Sequence record: DRR378314_107
DNA: 29,432 nucleotides
Strand: one strand, 5' to 3'
Of this stretch, positions 1 to 8,914 are shown piece after piece. The position numbers were made by a program, and so were the translations under genes. The first letter of the stretch is position 1; each line of letters begins with the position of its first letter. Below the pieces are notes generated by a model, which saw only the letters and a list, made by a program, of their open reading frames with translations, was not told where the DNA came from and did no database searches.

Positions 1-569
1 GGCCGGCACAGTGCCGGCGTGGCCACGGTGTTATCGACGATCAGCGGCACGCCGGCGTCGTGGGCCACCTTGGCCAGCGCCGCCAGGTCGACGATGTTGC
101 CGGCCGGGTTGCCCACCGACTCGCAGAACACCGCCTTGGTGCGCTCGTCGATGGCCGCGGCCATGGCCGCCGTATCGCGGCCGTCCGCCATGCGCACGTC
201 GATGCCCATGGTCGGCAGGGTGTGGGCGAACAGGTTGTAGGTGCCGCCGTAGAGCTGGCTCACCGAGACGATGTTATCGCCGGCGCGGGCCAGGGTCTGG
301 ATCGCCGCGGTGGTGGCGGCCATGCCCGAGGCCATCGCCAGGGCGCCGATGCCGCCCTCCAGCTGGGCGACGCGCTCTTCGAGCACCGCGTTGGTGGGGT
401 TCATGATGCGGGTGTAGATGTTGCCCGGCACTTTCAGGTCGAACAGGTCCGCGCCGTGCTGGGTGTCGTCGAAGTAGTAGCTGGTGGTCTGATAGATCGG
501 CACCGCCACGGAATGGGTTTCCGGATCGCCGGCGAACCCGCCGTGAATCGCTATGGTTTCTTTTTTCAT
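1..569 (-). CDS. metY: O-acetylhomoserine aminocarboxypropyltransferase/sulfhydrylase (5' part; runs off the window's left edge)
   Basis: Manual translation from ATG at 569: MKKETIAIHGG...VAVPIYQTTSYYFDDTQHGADLFDLKVPGNIYTRIMNPT...LYGGTYNLF...DNTVATP, typical of the Cys/Met PLP-dependent family; GAGGA RBS upstream. Not in the ORF track because no stop lies within the window. Confidence 0.93.
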   Translation of the reverse strand, partial: MKKETIAIHGGFAGDPETHSVAVPIYQTTSYYFDDTQHGADLFDLKVPGNIYTRIMNPTNAVLEERVAQLEGGIGALAMASGMAATTAAIQTLARAGDNIVSVSQLYGGTYNLFAHTLPTMGIDVRMADGRDTAAMAAAIDERTKAVFCESVGNPAGNIVDLAALAKVAHDAGVPLIVDNTVATPALCR

Positions 570-603
570 GGTGTCCTCGCTGGGTCTTCGATTTTTTAGC
601 GGG

Positions 604-1470
604 TTATTTCAACGGCGGTTCGGGCCAGAAATTAAACTCCGCGGGCACATGGTTGAGATCGGTATCGAACACCGGGTCCCGTTTTTCCAGGAAGGCGGTG
701 AAGCCGTCCTTGCCGTCCCAGAACTCGTTGGCGCGGTAGATCATTCTCGACTCCACCGCGTGGGCCTGCATCGGATGATCGAAGGTGGGGTTGCGCCACA
801 GCATCTGTTTGGCCAGCGCCACCGATACCGGTGAGCTTTTGGCGATCAGCTTGCGGGCCAGCGCCAGGGCGGCGTCGAGCACCTCTTCCTTGCCGTGCAG
901 GCTGCGGAACAGGCCCGCTTCCAGACCTTCCTCGGCGAGGAAGATGTCGCCGCTGTAGACCCATTCCAGCGCTTTCTGCATGCCCACCGCGCGGGGCAGG
1001 AACCAGGTGGAGCACGCCTCCGGCGTCAGGCCGCGCTGGGTGAAGACGAAGCCGATCTTGGCGCCCTCGGCGGCCAGGCGGAAGTCCATCGGCAGGGTCA
1101 TGGTGATGCCGACGCCCACGGCGGCACCGTTGAGCGCGCCGATCACCGGCTTGCGGCAGTTGAAGATCGCCAGCGACACCTCGCCGCCGGAATCACGGAT
1201 GGTGTCCACCGGCGGCTCCTCGCCCTCGGCATCGTCGTAACCGAACACATGGCCGCCGTCCTCGGGCTGCATCTCCATGCCGGCACAGAACGCCCGCCCG
1301 GCGCCGGTGACCACCACCGCGCGCACCTGGTTGTCGCGGTCCGCCTCGCCGAACACGTGCACCAGCTCGTCCTTCATGCGCAGGGTGAAGGCGTTCATGC
1401 GGTCGGGCCGGTTCAGGGTAACGGTGAGAATATTGTCCGCCAGCTCGGTGCGGATGTGCTGGTACTCCAT
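604..1470 (-). CDS. Enoyl-CoA hydratase/isomerase (crotonase) family protein
   Basis: LNRPDRMNAF, GRAFCAGME, KPVIGALNGAAVGVG, PEACSTWFLPR, AFLEKRDPVF motifs. Confidence 0.93.
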   Translation of the reverse strand: MEYQHIRTELADNILTVTLNRPDRMNAFTLRMKDELVHVFGEADRDNQVRAVVVTGAGRAFCAGMEMQPEDGGHVFGYDDAEGEEPPVDTIRDSGGEVSLAIFNCRKPVIGALNGAAVGVGITMTLPMDFRLAAEGAKIGFVFTQRGLTPEACSTWFLPRAVGMQKALEWVYSGDIFLAEEGLEAGLFRSLHGKEEVLDAALALARKLIAKSSPVSVALAKQMLWRNPTFDHPMQAHAVESRMIYRANEFWDGKDGFTAFLEKRDPVFDTDLNHVPAEFNFWPEPPLK

Positions 1471-1485
1471 GATAACTCCCGGTTT

Positions 1486-2265
1486 TTATTGATCGTGAAG
1501 GCGGGGCTCGTCGAGATGCTCCACCTGGATGGGGAAGGCTCTAGCATAGCGGGAAGGCAGGGTGTCGAACATGGCACGGAGGGTGCGATTGAGATGCGGC
1601 TGATCGTAGAAGCCGGCGGCAAGCGCCAGATCCGTGAGGCTCATGCCGTCACGCCAGAGGGTCAGCGCCCGCTGGCACTTGAGATGCAGCTGGAAGCGCT
1701 TCAGATTGACGCCCAGTTCTTCGCGGAAAAGGTGCCGGAACCGGGATTCGGACAACCCCACCGCCTCGGCCAGGGCGGCGCCGCCCAGGCCGGCGGCGTC
1801 GTCACCCCGGCGCAGGGCGCGGCAGGCGAGCACCACGCGCGGATCCAGCGGACGGGGTTCACCGGCTTCCAGGGTGGCGCGCGCCGCCAACGCCGCGGCG
1901 GCGGACGGCGACGCCGCCAGCTCGTTCAGGCAGGCGCGGAAACGGGGATGTTCGGCCAGCGGAAACTCACCGCCCGGGCCCTGCAACCGCAGCGCCCGCC
2001 AGGCACGGTGGTCCGGGTCCAGATGCAGCACCGCCACCGGACCGTCACTGTCCAGCGCCTGATCCACATCCGGCGCCGCCCAGACCGCCTCGGCGGTGAT
2101 CCAGTGGCCGGCCAGCTGCACGCGAATCGGCTCACGGCCCAGGCTCACCAGCAGCGACGCCGCCACATGGCTGTGCGGCCGGTTATGCAGATGCGGCGCC
2201 AGCATGCACCAGCCCCCTTCCCAAAGGAAAAGGGGCGAGCGGGGGCGCGCTTCAGCGTCCGCCAT
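1486..2265 (-). CDS. AraC-family transcriptional regulator
   Basis: C-terminal LAEAVGLSESRFRHLF...LTDLALAAGFYDQPHLNR double HTH; N-terminal cupin-like HxHxH. Confidence 0.9.
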   Translation of the reverse strand: MADAEARPRSPLFLWEGGWCMLAPHLHNRPHSHVAASLLVSLGREPIRVQLAGHWITAEAVWAAPDVDQALDSDGPVAVLHLDPDHRAWRALRLQGPGGEFPLAEHPRFRACLNELAASPSAAAALAARATLEAGEPRPLDPRVVLACRALRRGDDAAGLGGAALAEAVGLSESRFRHLFREELGVNLKRFQLHLKCQRALTLWRDGMSLTDLALAAGFYDQPHLNRTLRAMFDTLPSRYARAFPIQVEHLDEPRLHDQ

Positions 2266-2277
2266 TCGGCGCCCGGT

Positions 2278-2778
2278 TCAGGACGGGCGGCCGTGGCCCG
2301 GGGTGCGGCTGAGCCCCAGCTTGTAGGCCAGCTCCAGGCTGACGAACACCGGGCCCACCAGCAGGAACACCAGGTCGTCGGTGAACGACGGCTTCTTGCC
2401 TTCCACCTTGTGGCCCCAGACCTGCACCGCCCAGGCCACCAGCCACAGCACCAGCGCGCTCCAGCCCAGCGACAGGGCACTGCGGTCGACCAGCGTGACC
2501 ACCGCGATGGACACCGCCAGCCAGCCCAGCATCAGCAGGGACACCCCCATGGAAAGCCGCAGGTAGAACGGCATGCACAGCACCGCCAGCAGGGTGCCGC
2601 CGTTGACCCAGTAGGCCGCCGCGCCTTCCAGGCCCAGCCACTGGCCGACCGGAATCAGCCAGAACAGCCCCAGCGTGGAGACGAAAATCGCCGGCACACA
2701 AAAAATATGCACCCACTGGTTCACCGGGTGGCGATGGCTGTCGCCGTAATCATGTAGAAAAGTCGACAGATCACGCAT
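2278..2778 (-). CDS. DUF962 / Mpo1-like membrane protein
   Basis: YGDSHRHPVNQWVHIFCVP and QVWGHKVEGKKPSF motifs, about 4 hydrophobic segments, GAGGAG RBS. Confidence 0.88.
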   Translation of the reverse strand: MRDLSTFLHDYGDSHRHPVNQWVHIFCVPAIFVSTLGLFWLIPVGQWLGLEGAAAYWVNGGTLLAVLCMPFYLRLSMGVSLLMLGWLAVSIAVVTLVDRSALSLGWSALVLWLVAWAVQVWGHKVEGKKPSFTDDLVFLLVGPVFVSLELAYKLGLSRTPGHGRPS

Positions 2779-2779
2779 G

Positions 2780-2801
2780 ACAACACTCCTCTTGTTGTTT
2801 T
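2780..2801 (-). promoter_or_regulatory. RBS hairpin with GGA loop (CsrA/RsmA-type site) overlapping an AACAACAA (Hfq/Crc-type) motif
   Basis: Minus strand AAAACAACA-AGAGGAG-TGTTGT-C-ATG; 6-bp stem ACAACA/TGTTGT encloses the SD. Confidence 0.45.
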
Positions 2802-2860
2802 AGGGCCTGTTCACACTACCTCAAACACTAGCGACGCGGACGTCGGCAAACTTGTATGTA

Positions 2861-2888
2861 GCGGCTGGCGGCCGGCGGCTGGCGGTCA
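2861..2888. repeat. Short tandem heptamer repeat (GCGGCTG-like x4)
   Basis: gcggctg gcggccg gcggctg gcggtca read directly. Confidence 0.55.
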
Positions 2889-3290
2889 ATCGCCGCGGCG
2901 GCTGTCGTTCAGCGCCTGCAGCACCGCCCGGCGGGTCAGCAAGCCCACCAGCCGGTCGCCGCTGTCCAGCACCGGGTAGATTTTCGGCTTCTGCTTGACC
3001 ATCAGCCCGGCCACGTCGACCACCGAATCGTCCTCGCGCACGGTGAGCGGCTGATCGTGCATCAGCTCTTCCACCCGCAGTGACCCTTCCTGGTGATAGC
3101 TGGACACCAGCAAATGGCGCAGGCAGTCCTGCTCGGAGACGAAACCGATCACCCGGTGATCGCCGTCGATCACCGGCAAGCCGGTATAGCGCCCGTTCAA
3201 CAGTGTCGCCACCACCGACGTCATTTCGGTGCCCGCCACCAGAGAGGGCGGGTGCCGCACCATCAGATCCCTGACCACTAACGAAGCCAT
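2886..3290 (-). CDS. Stand-alone CBS-pair protein
   Basis: VRDLM...GLPVID...IGFVSEQD; VEELM...YPVLD...VGLLTRRAV tandem CBS repeats. Confidence 0.9.
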   Translation of the reverse strand: MASLVVRDLMVRHPPSLVAGTEMTSVVATLLNGRYTGLPVIDGDHRVIGFVSEQDCLRHLLVSSYHQEGSLRVEELMHDQPLTVREDDSVVDVAGLMVKQKPKIYPVLDSGDRLVGLLTRRAVLQALNDSRRGD

Positions 3291-3416
3291 TTGCCAATCT
3301 CCTTGTCACCGCCGCGATCATCACGTCCGTACCCCGACTATACACCGCCGCGGCGCGGATGACGCCCGCTCACAGCGTCCCTACAATGGCGCGAAACCAT
3401 TAAAAAGGAACAGACC

Positions 3417-6116
3417 ATGGGGTTTTCGCGGCGGCACCGGTTTTATTTCGTCCTTGTGGCGTTATGGCTTACCGGTCCGGCCCTTGCCGCCAGCGACGCC
3501 CAGTGCCAGCGCGAACAGGCCGCGCTCAACCAGTGGCGCGAAGGCAACCAGCGGCTGGAGACGCATCTTGAGCACCTGGACGCGGCCCTGGCCGGGGAAC
3601 CGGTGGCGCCGGCGGCGCTCACCGACGCGCTCGGCGCCGCCCCCACCGGCAGCGCGCCGCCGCCGTCGCGGGCGCCCGCCGCCGTGGTGCCCGGCTGCGA
3701 CGCCCTGGCCCCGGAGTACAAAGGGGTGCGCGAACGAACCCTGCGGCTCACCGAACAACGCCGGGCGAAACGGCTGCAATGGTTTGAGCTGGCCGACGAA
3801 CAGCGGCGCGCCCTGACCACCTGGCACGAGCTCTATCAGAACCTGGCCGGCGCCCCGGCCGAGGGCGGCTCCGACGATTATCTGCGCGAGCGCCTGGCCG
3901 GCCTGATCGCCCTGACCCCGCTGCTGCGCCGGGACCCGGCCGCCGCCTTCACCGCGCTGGACCGGCTGGCCCGGCGCCCGGGCACCCCGCCCTGGCTGAG
4001 CGCGGCGGAACCGGCCCAGGAGATGCTCTGGCGCCGGCAAAGCGCCGAGGCGCAACGCCAGGTGCTGGCGCTGCGCGCCGCTTTATGGGATCAGGCCGGC
4101 GGCCTGTCGCTGTTGACCGGGGGCGGCGGGCTCGACGCCGCGCTGACGGTGATTGATCTGGAAACCGGGCTGGCCGTGGACCGTCTCTATCAGGCGTTCC
4201 AGCTCACCTTCCAGGAGGGGCGCCTGAACGGCGAGATGCGCCGCTATCTGCCGCTGCTCAGCAACGCCCTGGCGCTGCTGCTGGGTATCGCCCTGTTCGC
4301 GGTGCTGATCCATTTCAGCCGGCGCGGCAAAAGCGCCCTGCTGTCGCTGCACGCACGCGTCATGGAAGCCAGCGGCGGGCGCCGCTGGCTGTGGAACCTC
4401 AGCCGACTGGTGGCGGGGCTGGCGCCGCTGCTGCCGTGGCTGATTCCCTGGTTCGCCCTCGACCTGGTGGAACCGGCGCTGCAGGCGCCCTCCACCCGCT
4501 TGCTGCTGTGGCTACTGCCGCTGGCCCGGCTGTACGTGGTGTTCGGGCTCACCTGGCTGATCGGCGAATGGCTGGTGCTGCGCGTGGCCCAGGGCGCCGG
4601 CACCTACCTGAACGGCGAACAGGCCAACCAGGCCGGCGAACGGGCGCGCCGCGTGGCGGTCTGGCTGACGCTGCCCTGGGCGCTGTTCCTGGCGGTGGAC
4701 CAACTGCTCGGCGGCGGCCTGCTGCACGATTTCAGCGGGCTGCTGCTGGGGGTGGCGCTGTACGCCGCCATCGGCCGCCTGCTGACGCAGCGCGGCGAGG
4801 ACTACCTGGTGTGCCTGCAGAGCATTCTGCCGTCGCGGCTCGACCCCCTGGCGGCGCGCCTGCTTAGTCAGCGGCTGTTCTCCTGGACCGCGCCCTTGCT
4901 GCTCCCGGTGGCTCTGGTGTACTTCGTGTTCCGTTACCTGGACCAGCTGCTGGCCGGCGCCGACTGGTACCTGCGCCTCAAGGCGCGCTGGTTCCGGATG
5001 CGCGCGCAAAGCGGCGACGAGGACGACAAGGCCGAAGACGACACCCGGCCCGCCCGCGAGTACCAGCAGTGGTTCGACGCCGGCCTGCCCGACGACGAGC
5101 CGGCGCCCTTTATCGATACCGGGCTCACCGACGCCATGGAAAAGGCGATTCAACGCTGGCGCGAGGACAAAACCGACGAGAACACCCTGCTGGTGGCCGG
5201 CGAGAAAGGCAGCGGCAAAAGCATGGCGGCGCGCCGCCTGACCCGCGCCCTGGAGAAAAACGACGAGGGCCTGCGGGTGGTGTCCGTGGCGGTGCCGCCC
5301 AAGACCCTGGCCCCGGAGGACGTCATCGCCCTGGTCGCCGAGGCCCTGGACGAGTCTCTCGAGGAGGGCCCCGCCAGCCTGGTGAAGAACGATGAGCAGC
5401 GCCGCCCCACCCTTTTGGTATTGGATGAAGCGCAGAATTTCTTCCTCGCCCGGATCGGCGGTCTGGAAGGCTGGCGCACGCTGCTGCGTTTGACCAACGC
5501 GCGCCTGGACAATCTGTTCTGGCTGGTGCTGCTCAACAACCAGAGCTGGGCGTACCTGTGCAATGTGTTCGGCCGGGAGTATCAGTTCCGCAATGTGGTG
5601 CGGGTGAAGCGCTGGGGGCAGAGCGAGATTCGCTCCCTGATTCTGTCGCGGCATCATCTTTCCGGCCAGACCCTGCGTTACGACGAGGTGCTGCTGTCCT
5701 CCCGGGGACCGGAGGCGGGCAATGTGCGCAACGCCGAGCAGCGCTACTTCAGCCTGCTGTGGGACGCCTGCCGGGGTAACCCGATGGCGGCGCTGAGGCT
5801 GTGGCTGAGCTCGGTGAAGGTGACCCGTCGCCAGGTGCTGGTGGGGCTGCCCGCCAAACCGCAGGGCACCGCGGTGGAAAAGGCCGGCGAGAATCTGCTG
5901 TTCGTGTACGCCGCCATCGCCACCCACGAAAACCTGTCCAGCGGGGAGATCGTGGCCGCCACCGACCTGCCGGAAAACGTGGTGCGTTACGCCCTGAAGG
6001 CGGGCTTCGACGCCGGCTTTATCCGCCAGAGCGACGACGGCCGGTACCGGCTGGTGCCGCTCTGGTACCACACCGTGATCAACCATCTGACCAGGAAGAA
6101 TCTGCTCCATGAATGA
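3417..6116 (+). CDS. Large membrane protein with signal peptide, periplasmic helical region, multiple TM helices and a C-terminal P-loop ATPase domain
   Basis: Signal-like N-terminus ending ALA; hydrophobic core about aa 280-510; Walker A GEKGSGKS (5199-5222), Walker B LLVLDE, later GNP motif and a likely winged-helix tail. Confidence 0.82.
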   Translation: MGFSRRHRFYFVLVALWLTGPALAASDAQCQREQAALNQWREGNQRLETHLEHLDAALAGEPVAPAALTDALGAAPTGSAPPPSRAPAAVVPGCDALAPEYKGVRERTLRLTEQRRAKRLQWFELADEQRRALTTWHELYQNLAGAPAEGGSDDYLRERLAGLIALTPLLRRDPAAAFTALDRLARRPGTPPWLSAAEPAQEMLWRRQSAEAQRQVLALRAALWDQAGGLSLLTGGGGLDAALTVIDLETGLAVDRLYQAFQLTFQEGRLNGEMRRYLPLLSNALALLLGIALFAVLIHFSRRGKSALLSLHARVMEASGGRRWLWNLSRLVAGLAPLLPWLIPWFALDLVEPALQAPSTRLLLWLLPLARLYVVFGLTWLIGEWLVLRVAQGAGTYLNGEQANQAGERARRVAVWLTLPWALFLAVDQLLGGGLLHDFSGLLLGVALYAAIGRLLTQRGEDYLVCLQSILPSRLDPLAARLLSQRLFSWTAPLLLPVALVYFVFRYLDQLLAGADWYLRLKARWFRMRAQSGDEDDKAEDDTRPAREYQQWFDAGLPDDEPAPFIDTGLTDAMEKAIQRWREDKTDENTLLVAGEKGSGKSMAARRLTRALEKNDEGLRVVSVAVPPKTLAPEDVIALVAEALDESLEEGPASLVKNDEQRRPTLLVLDEAQNFFLARIGGLEGWRTLLRLTNARLDNLFWLVLLNNQSWAYLCNVFGREYQFRNVVRVKRWGQSEIRSLILSRHHLSGQTLRYDEVLLSSRGPEAGNVRNAEQRYFSLLWDACRGNPMAALRLWLSSVKVTRRQVLVGLPAKPQGTAVEKAGENLLFVYAAIATHENLSSGEIVAATDLPENVVRYALKAGFDAGFIRQSDDGRYRLVPLWYHTVINHLTRKNLLHE

Positions 6117-6927
6117 AAGCGGCGATATTGTCACGGACCTGGCGGTGGTGGTGGACCTGTTCAACGCCTACGCCATTCTTTTGCTGGTGGCCGGCGGCTT
6201 CTGCCTGTGGGCGCTGAACTGGGGCATTCAGAAAGTCAGCGGCTCGCTGATGGACAAGGTGCCGGCACGCCGCTTTCTGATCCTGCAGATCACCACGCTG
6301 ATCGGCTTTCTGATCTACACCCTGGGCACCGGCGCGCTGATCGTCGGGGTGCTCAACCCGCCGCGGGAATTCATCCTGGCGGCGGCGGGCTCGATCGCGG
6401 TGGCGCTGGGCTTCGCGCTCAAGGACGTGGCGGCGTCGCTGGTGGCCGGCCTGCTGTTGCTGTTCGACCGGCCGTTCCAGGTCGGTGACCGGATCAGCTT
6501 CGGCGACACCTACGGCGAGATCGTCGCCATCGGCCTGCGCGCGGTGCGCGTGCAGACGCTGGACGACAACCTGGTGACGATTCCCAACGCCCGTTTCATC
6601 ACCGACGTGGTGGCCTCCGGCAACGCCGGCGAGCTGGACATGATGGTGGTCACCGACTTCCATGTGTCGGTGCAGGCGGACCTGGAACAGGTGCGCGGCA
6701 TTATCGAGGAAGTGATCGTCACCAGCCGCTACGCCTATTTGAAAAAGCCGGTGACCTTCGCCATTGAAGAGGTGGAAATCGGCAACGCCCTGGCGGTGCG
6801 GTTCCGCTCCAAGGCCTATGTGCTGGACGTGCGCTACGAAAAAGCGTTCCAGAGTGACGTGGTGTTGCGGGTCACCGCGCTGTTCCGCGACCAGGAGATT
6901 CCCCGGCCGCGGATACTGCGCGACTGA
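6109..6927 (+). CDS. Small-conductance mechanosensitive channel (MscS family)
   Basis: VALGFALKDVAASLVAGLLLLFDRPFQVGDRI...GEIVAIGLR...DDNLVTIPN signature; 8-nt overlap with the upstream gene. Confidence 0.93.
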   Translation: MNESGDIVTDLAVVVDLFNAYAILLLVAGGFCLWALNWGIQKVSGSLMDKVPARRFLILQITTLIGFLIYTLGTGALIVGVLNPPREFILAAAGSIAVALGFALKDVAASLVAGLLLLFDRPFQVGDRISFGDTYGEIVAIGLRAVRVQTLDDNLVTIPNARFITDVVASGNAGELDMMVVTDFHVSVQADLEQVRGIIEEVIVTSRYAYLKKPVTFAIEEVEIGNALAVRFRSKAYVLDVRYEKAFQSDVVLRVTALFRDQEIPRPRILRD

Positions 6928-6935
6928 ACGGAGCG

Positions 6936-7820
6936 TTAGCGGGGCGCCAGCTCCGGCCGGTCCAGCATCTCGGCCAGCCGTGCCAGGGCGCGCTCGCGCA
7001 CCGCGCGGCTGTCTTTCTTTTCCGGGTGGAACGACGGCTTGTAGTAAGCGGCGTAGGAACGACCCAGCCGGCGCAGCCAGCCCGGGCGGCCGAGCAGCCA
7101 GTTCAGGCCGTTGCCCACCGAGCGCAAATCACGCTTGTCGTCCATGCCCTGGCGCAGCTGGATGTAGTGGAAGATGGTGAAGCCGATGAATTCCACCGTG
7201 GTCAGCGCCATCTCCGACGTGCGCACCCAGTAGCTGCCCACCTGATCGGCATAGACGTCGAACGCCACCGCCTTGTGCTCGCTTTCCTCGATGGCGTGCC
7301 ACAGCCACAGCGGCAGCATGCGCTCGTCCATGCCTTCCAGGAACTCGGGCTCCTCAAGCATCAGCTCGGCGAGCATGGCGGTGAAATGCTCCAGGGCACA
7401 GGTCTTGGCGAGCTGCCGCTCCGGAGAAAACTTCTTGGCGATCCACTTCATGCCTTCATGAACATAATCGTGCACCTTTTGAGTGGGCACGCCCTTGCTC
7501 TCCATGAAGGCGTTGAACTGTTCGTGTTCGTTACCGTGGTGCGCCTCCTGGCCGATGAACCCTTTCACCCGCTCGCGCAGATCCGGGTCGGTGATCCGTT
7601 TCTGGTAGTGGCGCACCGAGCGCACGAAGAAGCGCTCGCCTTCCGGGAAGGTACAGGACAACGCGGTCAGCAGGATGGTCTTGAACTGGTCGCCGGCGAA
7701 CCAGTAGCGCGGCATGTCCGGGTCGAACTGGAAATCCATACGCCGGGGCTGAATGTCGCTGCCGTTGGTGCGGCGCGGCTCGTTCGGGGAAATCGGGGCT
7801 TTGGCGTTCATAGCAATCAT
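6936..7820 (-). CDS. 'Predicted metal-dependent hydrolase' family protein (start may be 7811)
   Basis: FPEGERFFVRSV, FIGQEAHHGNEH, ALEHFTA, WHAIEESEHKAVAFD, YYKPSFHP motifs. Confidence 0.85.
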   Translation of the reverse strand: MIAMNAKAPISPNEPRRTNGSDIQPRRMDFQFDPDMPRYWFAGDQFKTILLTALSCTFPEGERFFVRSVRHYQKRITDPDLRERVKGFIGQEAHHGNEHEQFNAFMESKGVPTQKVHDYVHEGMKWIAKKFSPERQLAKTCALEHFTAMLAELMLEEPEFLEGMDERMLPLWLWHAIEESEHKAVAFDVYADQVGSYWVRTSEMALTTVEFIGFTIFHYIQLRQGMDDKRDLRSVGNGLNWLLGRPGWLRRLGRSYAAYYKPSFHPEKKDSRAVRERALARLAEMLDRPELAPR

Positions 7821-7976
7821 CTTCCCTGTCGCGGTGAGCGGCGCCTCGACGACGCCTCACTGGAACCTTGAGTAATGACCGTCAATATGGGCCAGCGCAC
7901 CCGGAACACTCCAGGGCCGGTTGTGCCATTTTTTAATCCGCGGGTGGCCCGCCCGGAGACCGCGGCGGCCACGCAT

Positions 7977-8001
7977 AAAAAAGGCCGGCGGGGAGCCGGC
8001 C
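7977..8001 (-). terminator. Rho-independent terminator downstream of the peroxiredoxin gene
   Basis: Minus strand GGCCGGC-TCCCC-GCCGGCC-TTTTTT. Confidence 0.85.
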
Positions 8002-8093
8002 AGTTGGGGAAGATCATGGCGCGGGGCGAACCCGCGCCCGTGGGCACATCCTTTTGCCCGGGGTTGAGCATTACGGTGAGCGCGTAATGGGTT

Positions 8094-8834
8094 TCAGGCG
8101 GTGGCTTTGAGCCAGTCGGTCAGCTCGTCGGCGCCACCGATACGCTGGCCTTCGATGTACACCTGCGGCGTGGTGCCGGCGCCGGTGACGGCGGCCAGGG
8201 TGCTGTAGCTCAGGCCACGGTTGCCCAGTTCGATTTCCTCGAACTTGAAGCCGGCGTCGCGCAGTTCGCGCTTGGCGCGGGCACAGTGCGGGCAGCCCGG
8301 CTTGGTGAAGATGGTCACCCGTTGGGGCAGGGACGCTTCACCGTTGATGTGGGTCAGCATGGTGTCGGCGTCGGACACTTCGAACGGGTCGCCGGGCTTC
8401 TCCGGCTCAATGAACATCTTCTCGATCACGCCGTCCTTCACCAGCATGGAATAGCGCCAGCTGCGCGGACCGAAACCCAGATCCTGCTTGCCGACCAGCA
8501 TGCCCATCTTTTCGCTGAACTCGCCGTTGCCATCCGGAATGAAACGGATGTTGTTGGCGTCCTGATCACCGGCCCAGGCGTTCATCACGAAGCCGTCGTT
8601 CACCGACAGACAGATGATTTCGTCAATGCCGTTGGCTTTGAACACCGGCGCCAGTTCGTTGTAACGCGGCAGATGCGTGGACGAACAGGTCGGCGTGAAC
8701 GCGCCGGGGAGGGCGAACACCACTACGTTTTTGCCGGCGAACAGATCATCAGTGGTAACGTCTTTCCACTCGTTCCCTTCGCGGGTACGGAACGTAACTT
8801 CAGGTACTTTTTCGCCTTCACGATTCTCCAACAT
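8094..8834 (-). CDS. Hybrid peroxiredoxin (Prx5)-glutaredoxin
   Basis: [14 protein letters not shown] peroxidatic motif, [16 protein letters not shown]-terminal Grx domain with CPHC and TTPQVYI..IGG. Confidence 0.95.
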   Translation of the reverse strand: MLENREGEKVPEVTFRTREGNEWKDVTTDDLFAGKNVVVFALPGAFTPTCSSTHLPRYNELAPVFKANGIDEIICLSVNDGFVMNAWAGDQDANNIRFIPDGNGEFSEKMGMLVGKQDLGFGPRSWRYSMLVKDGVIEKMFIEPEKPGDPFEVSDADTMLTHINGEASLPQRVTIFTKPGCPHCARAKRELRDAGFKFEEIELGNRGLSYSTLAAVTGAGTTPQVYIEGQRIGGADELTDWLKATA

Positions 8835-8914
8835 TAAATGCTTCCTCCTGTTCGGTGCATCGGAATGTGGCTGAATGATGAGAGCATGGTAGCCACCGCG
8901 CCCTCATCAATAAA

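Noticed and set aside
570-603. SAM/methionine riboswitch before metY
   Set aside because: Only 34 nt separate it from the upstream gene; no room or motif
895-2757. 620-aa plus-strand ORF
   Set aside because: Shadow of the crotonase/AraC/DUF962 genes on the opposite strand
4512-6164. 550-aa minus-strand ORF (likewise 11311-12843 and 27878-29404)
   Set aside because: Antisense to well-supported genes; no recognisable domains
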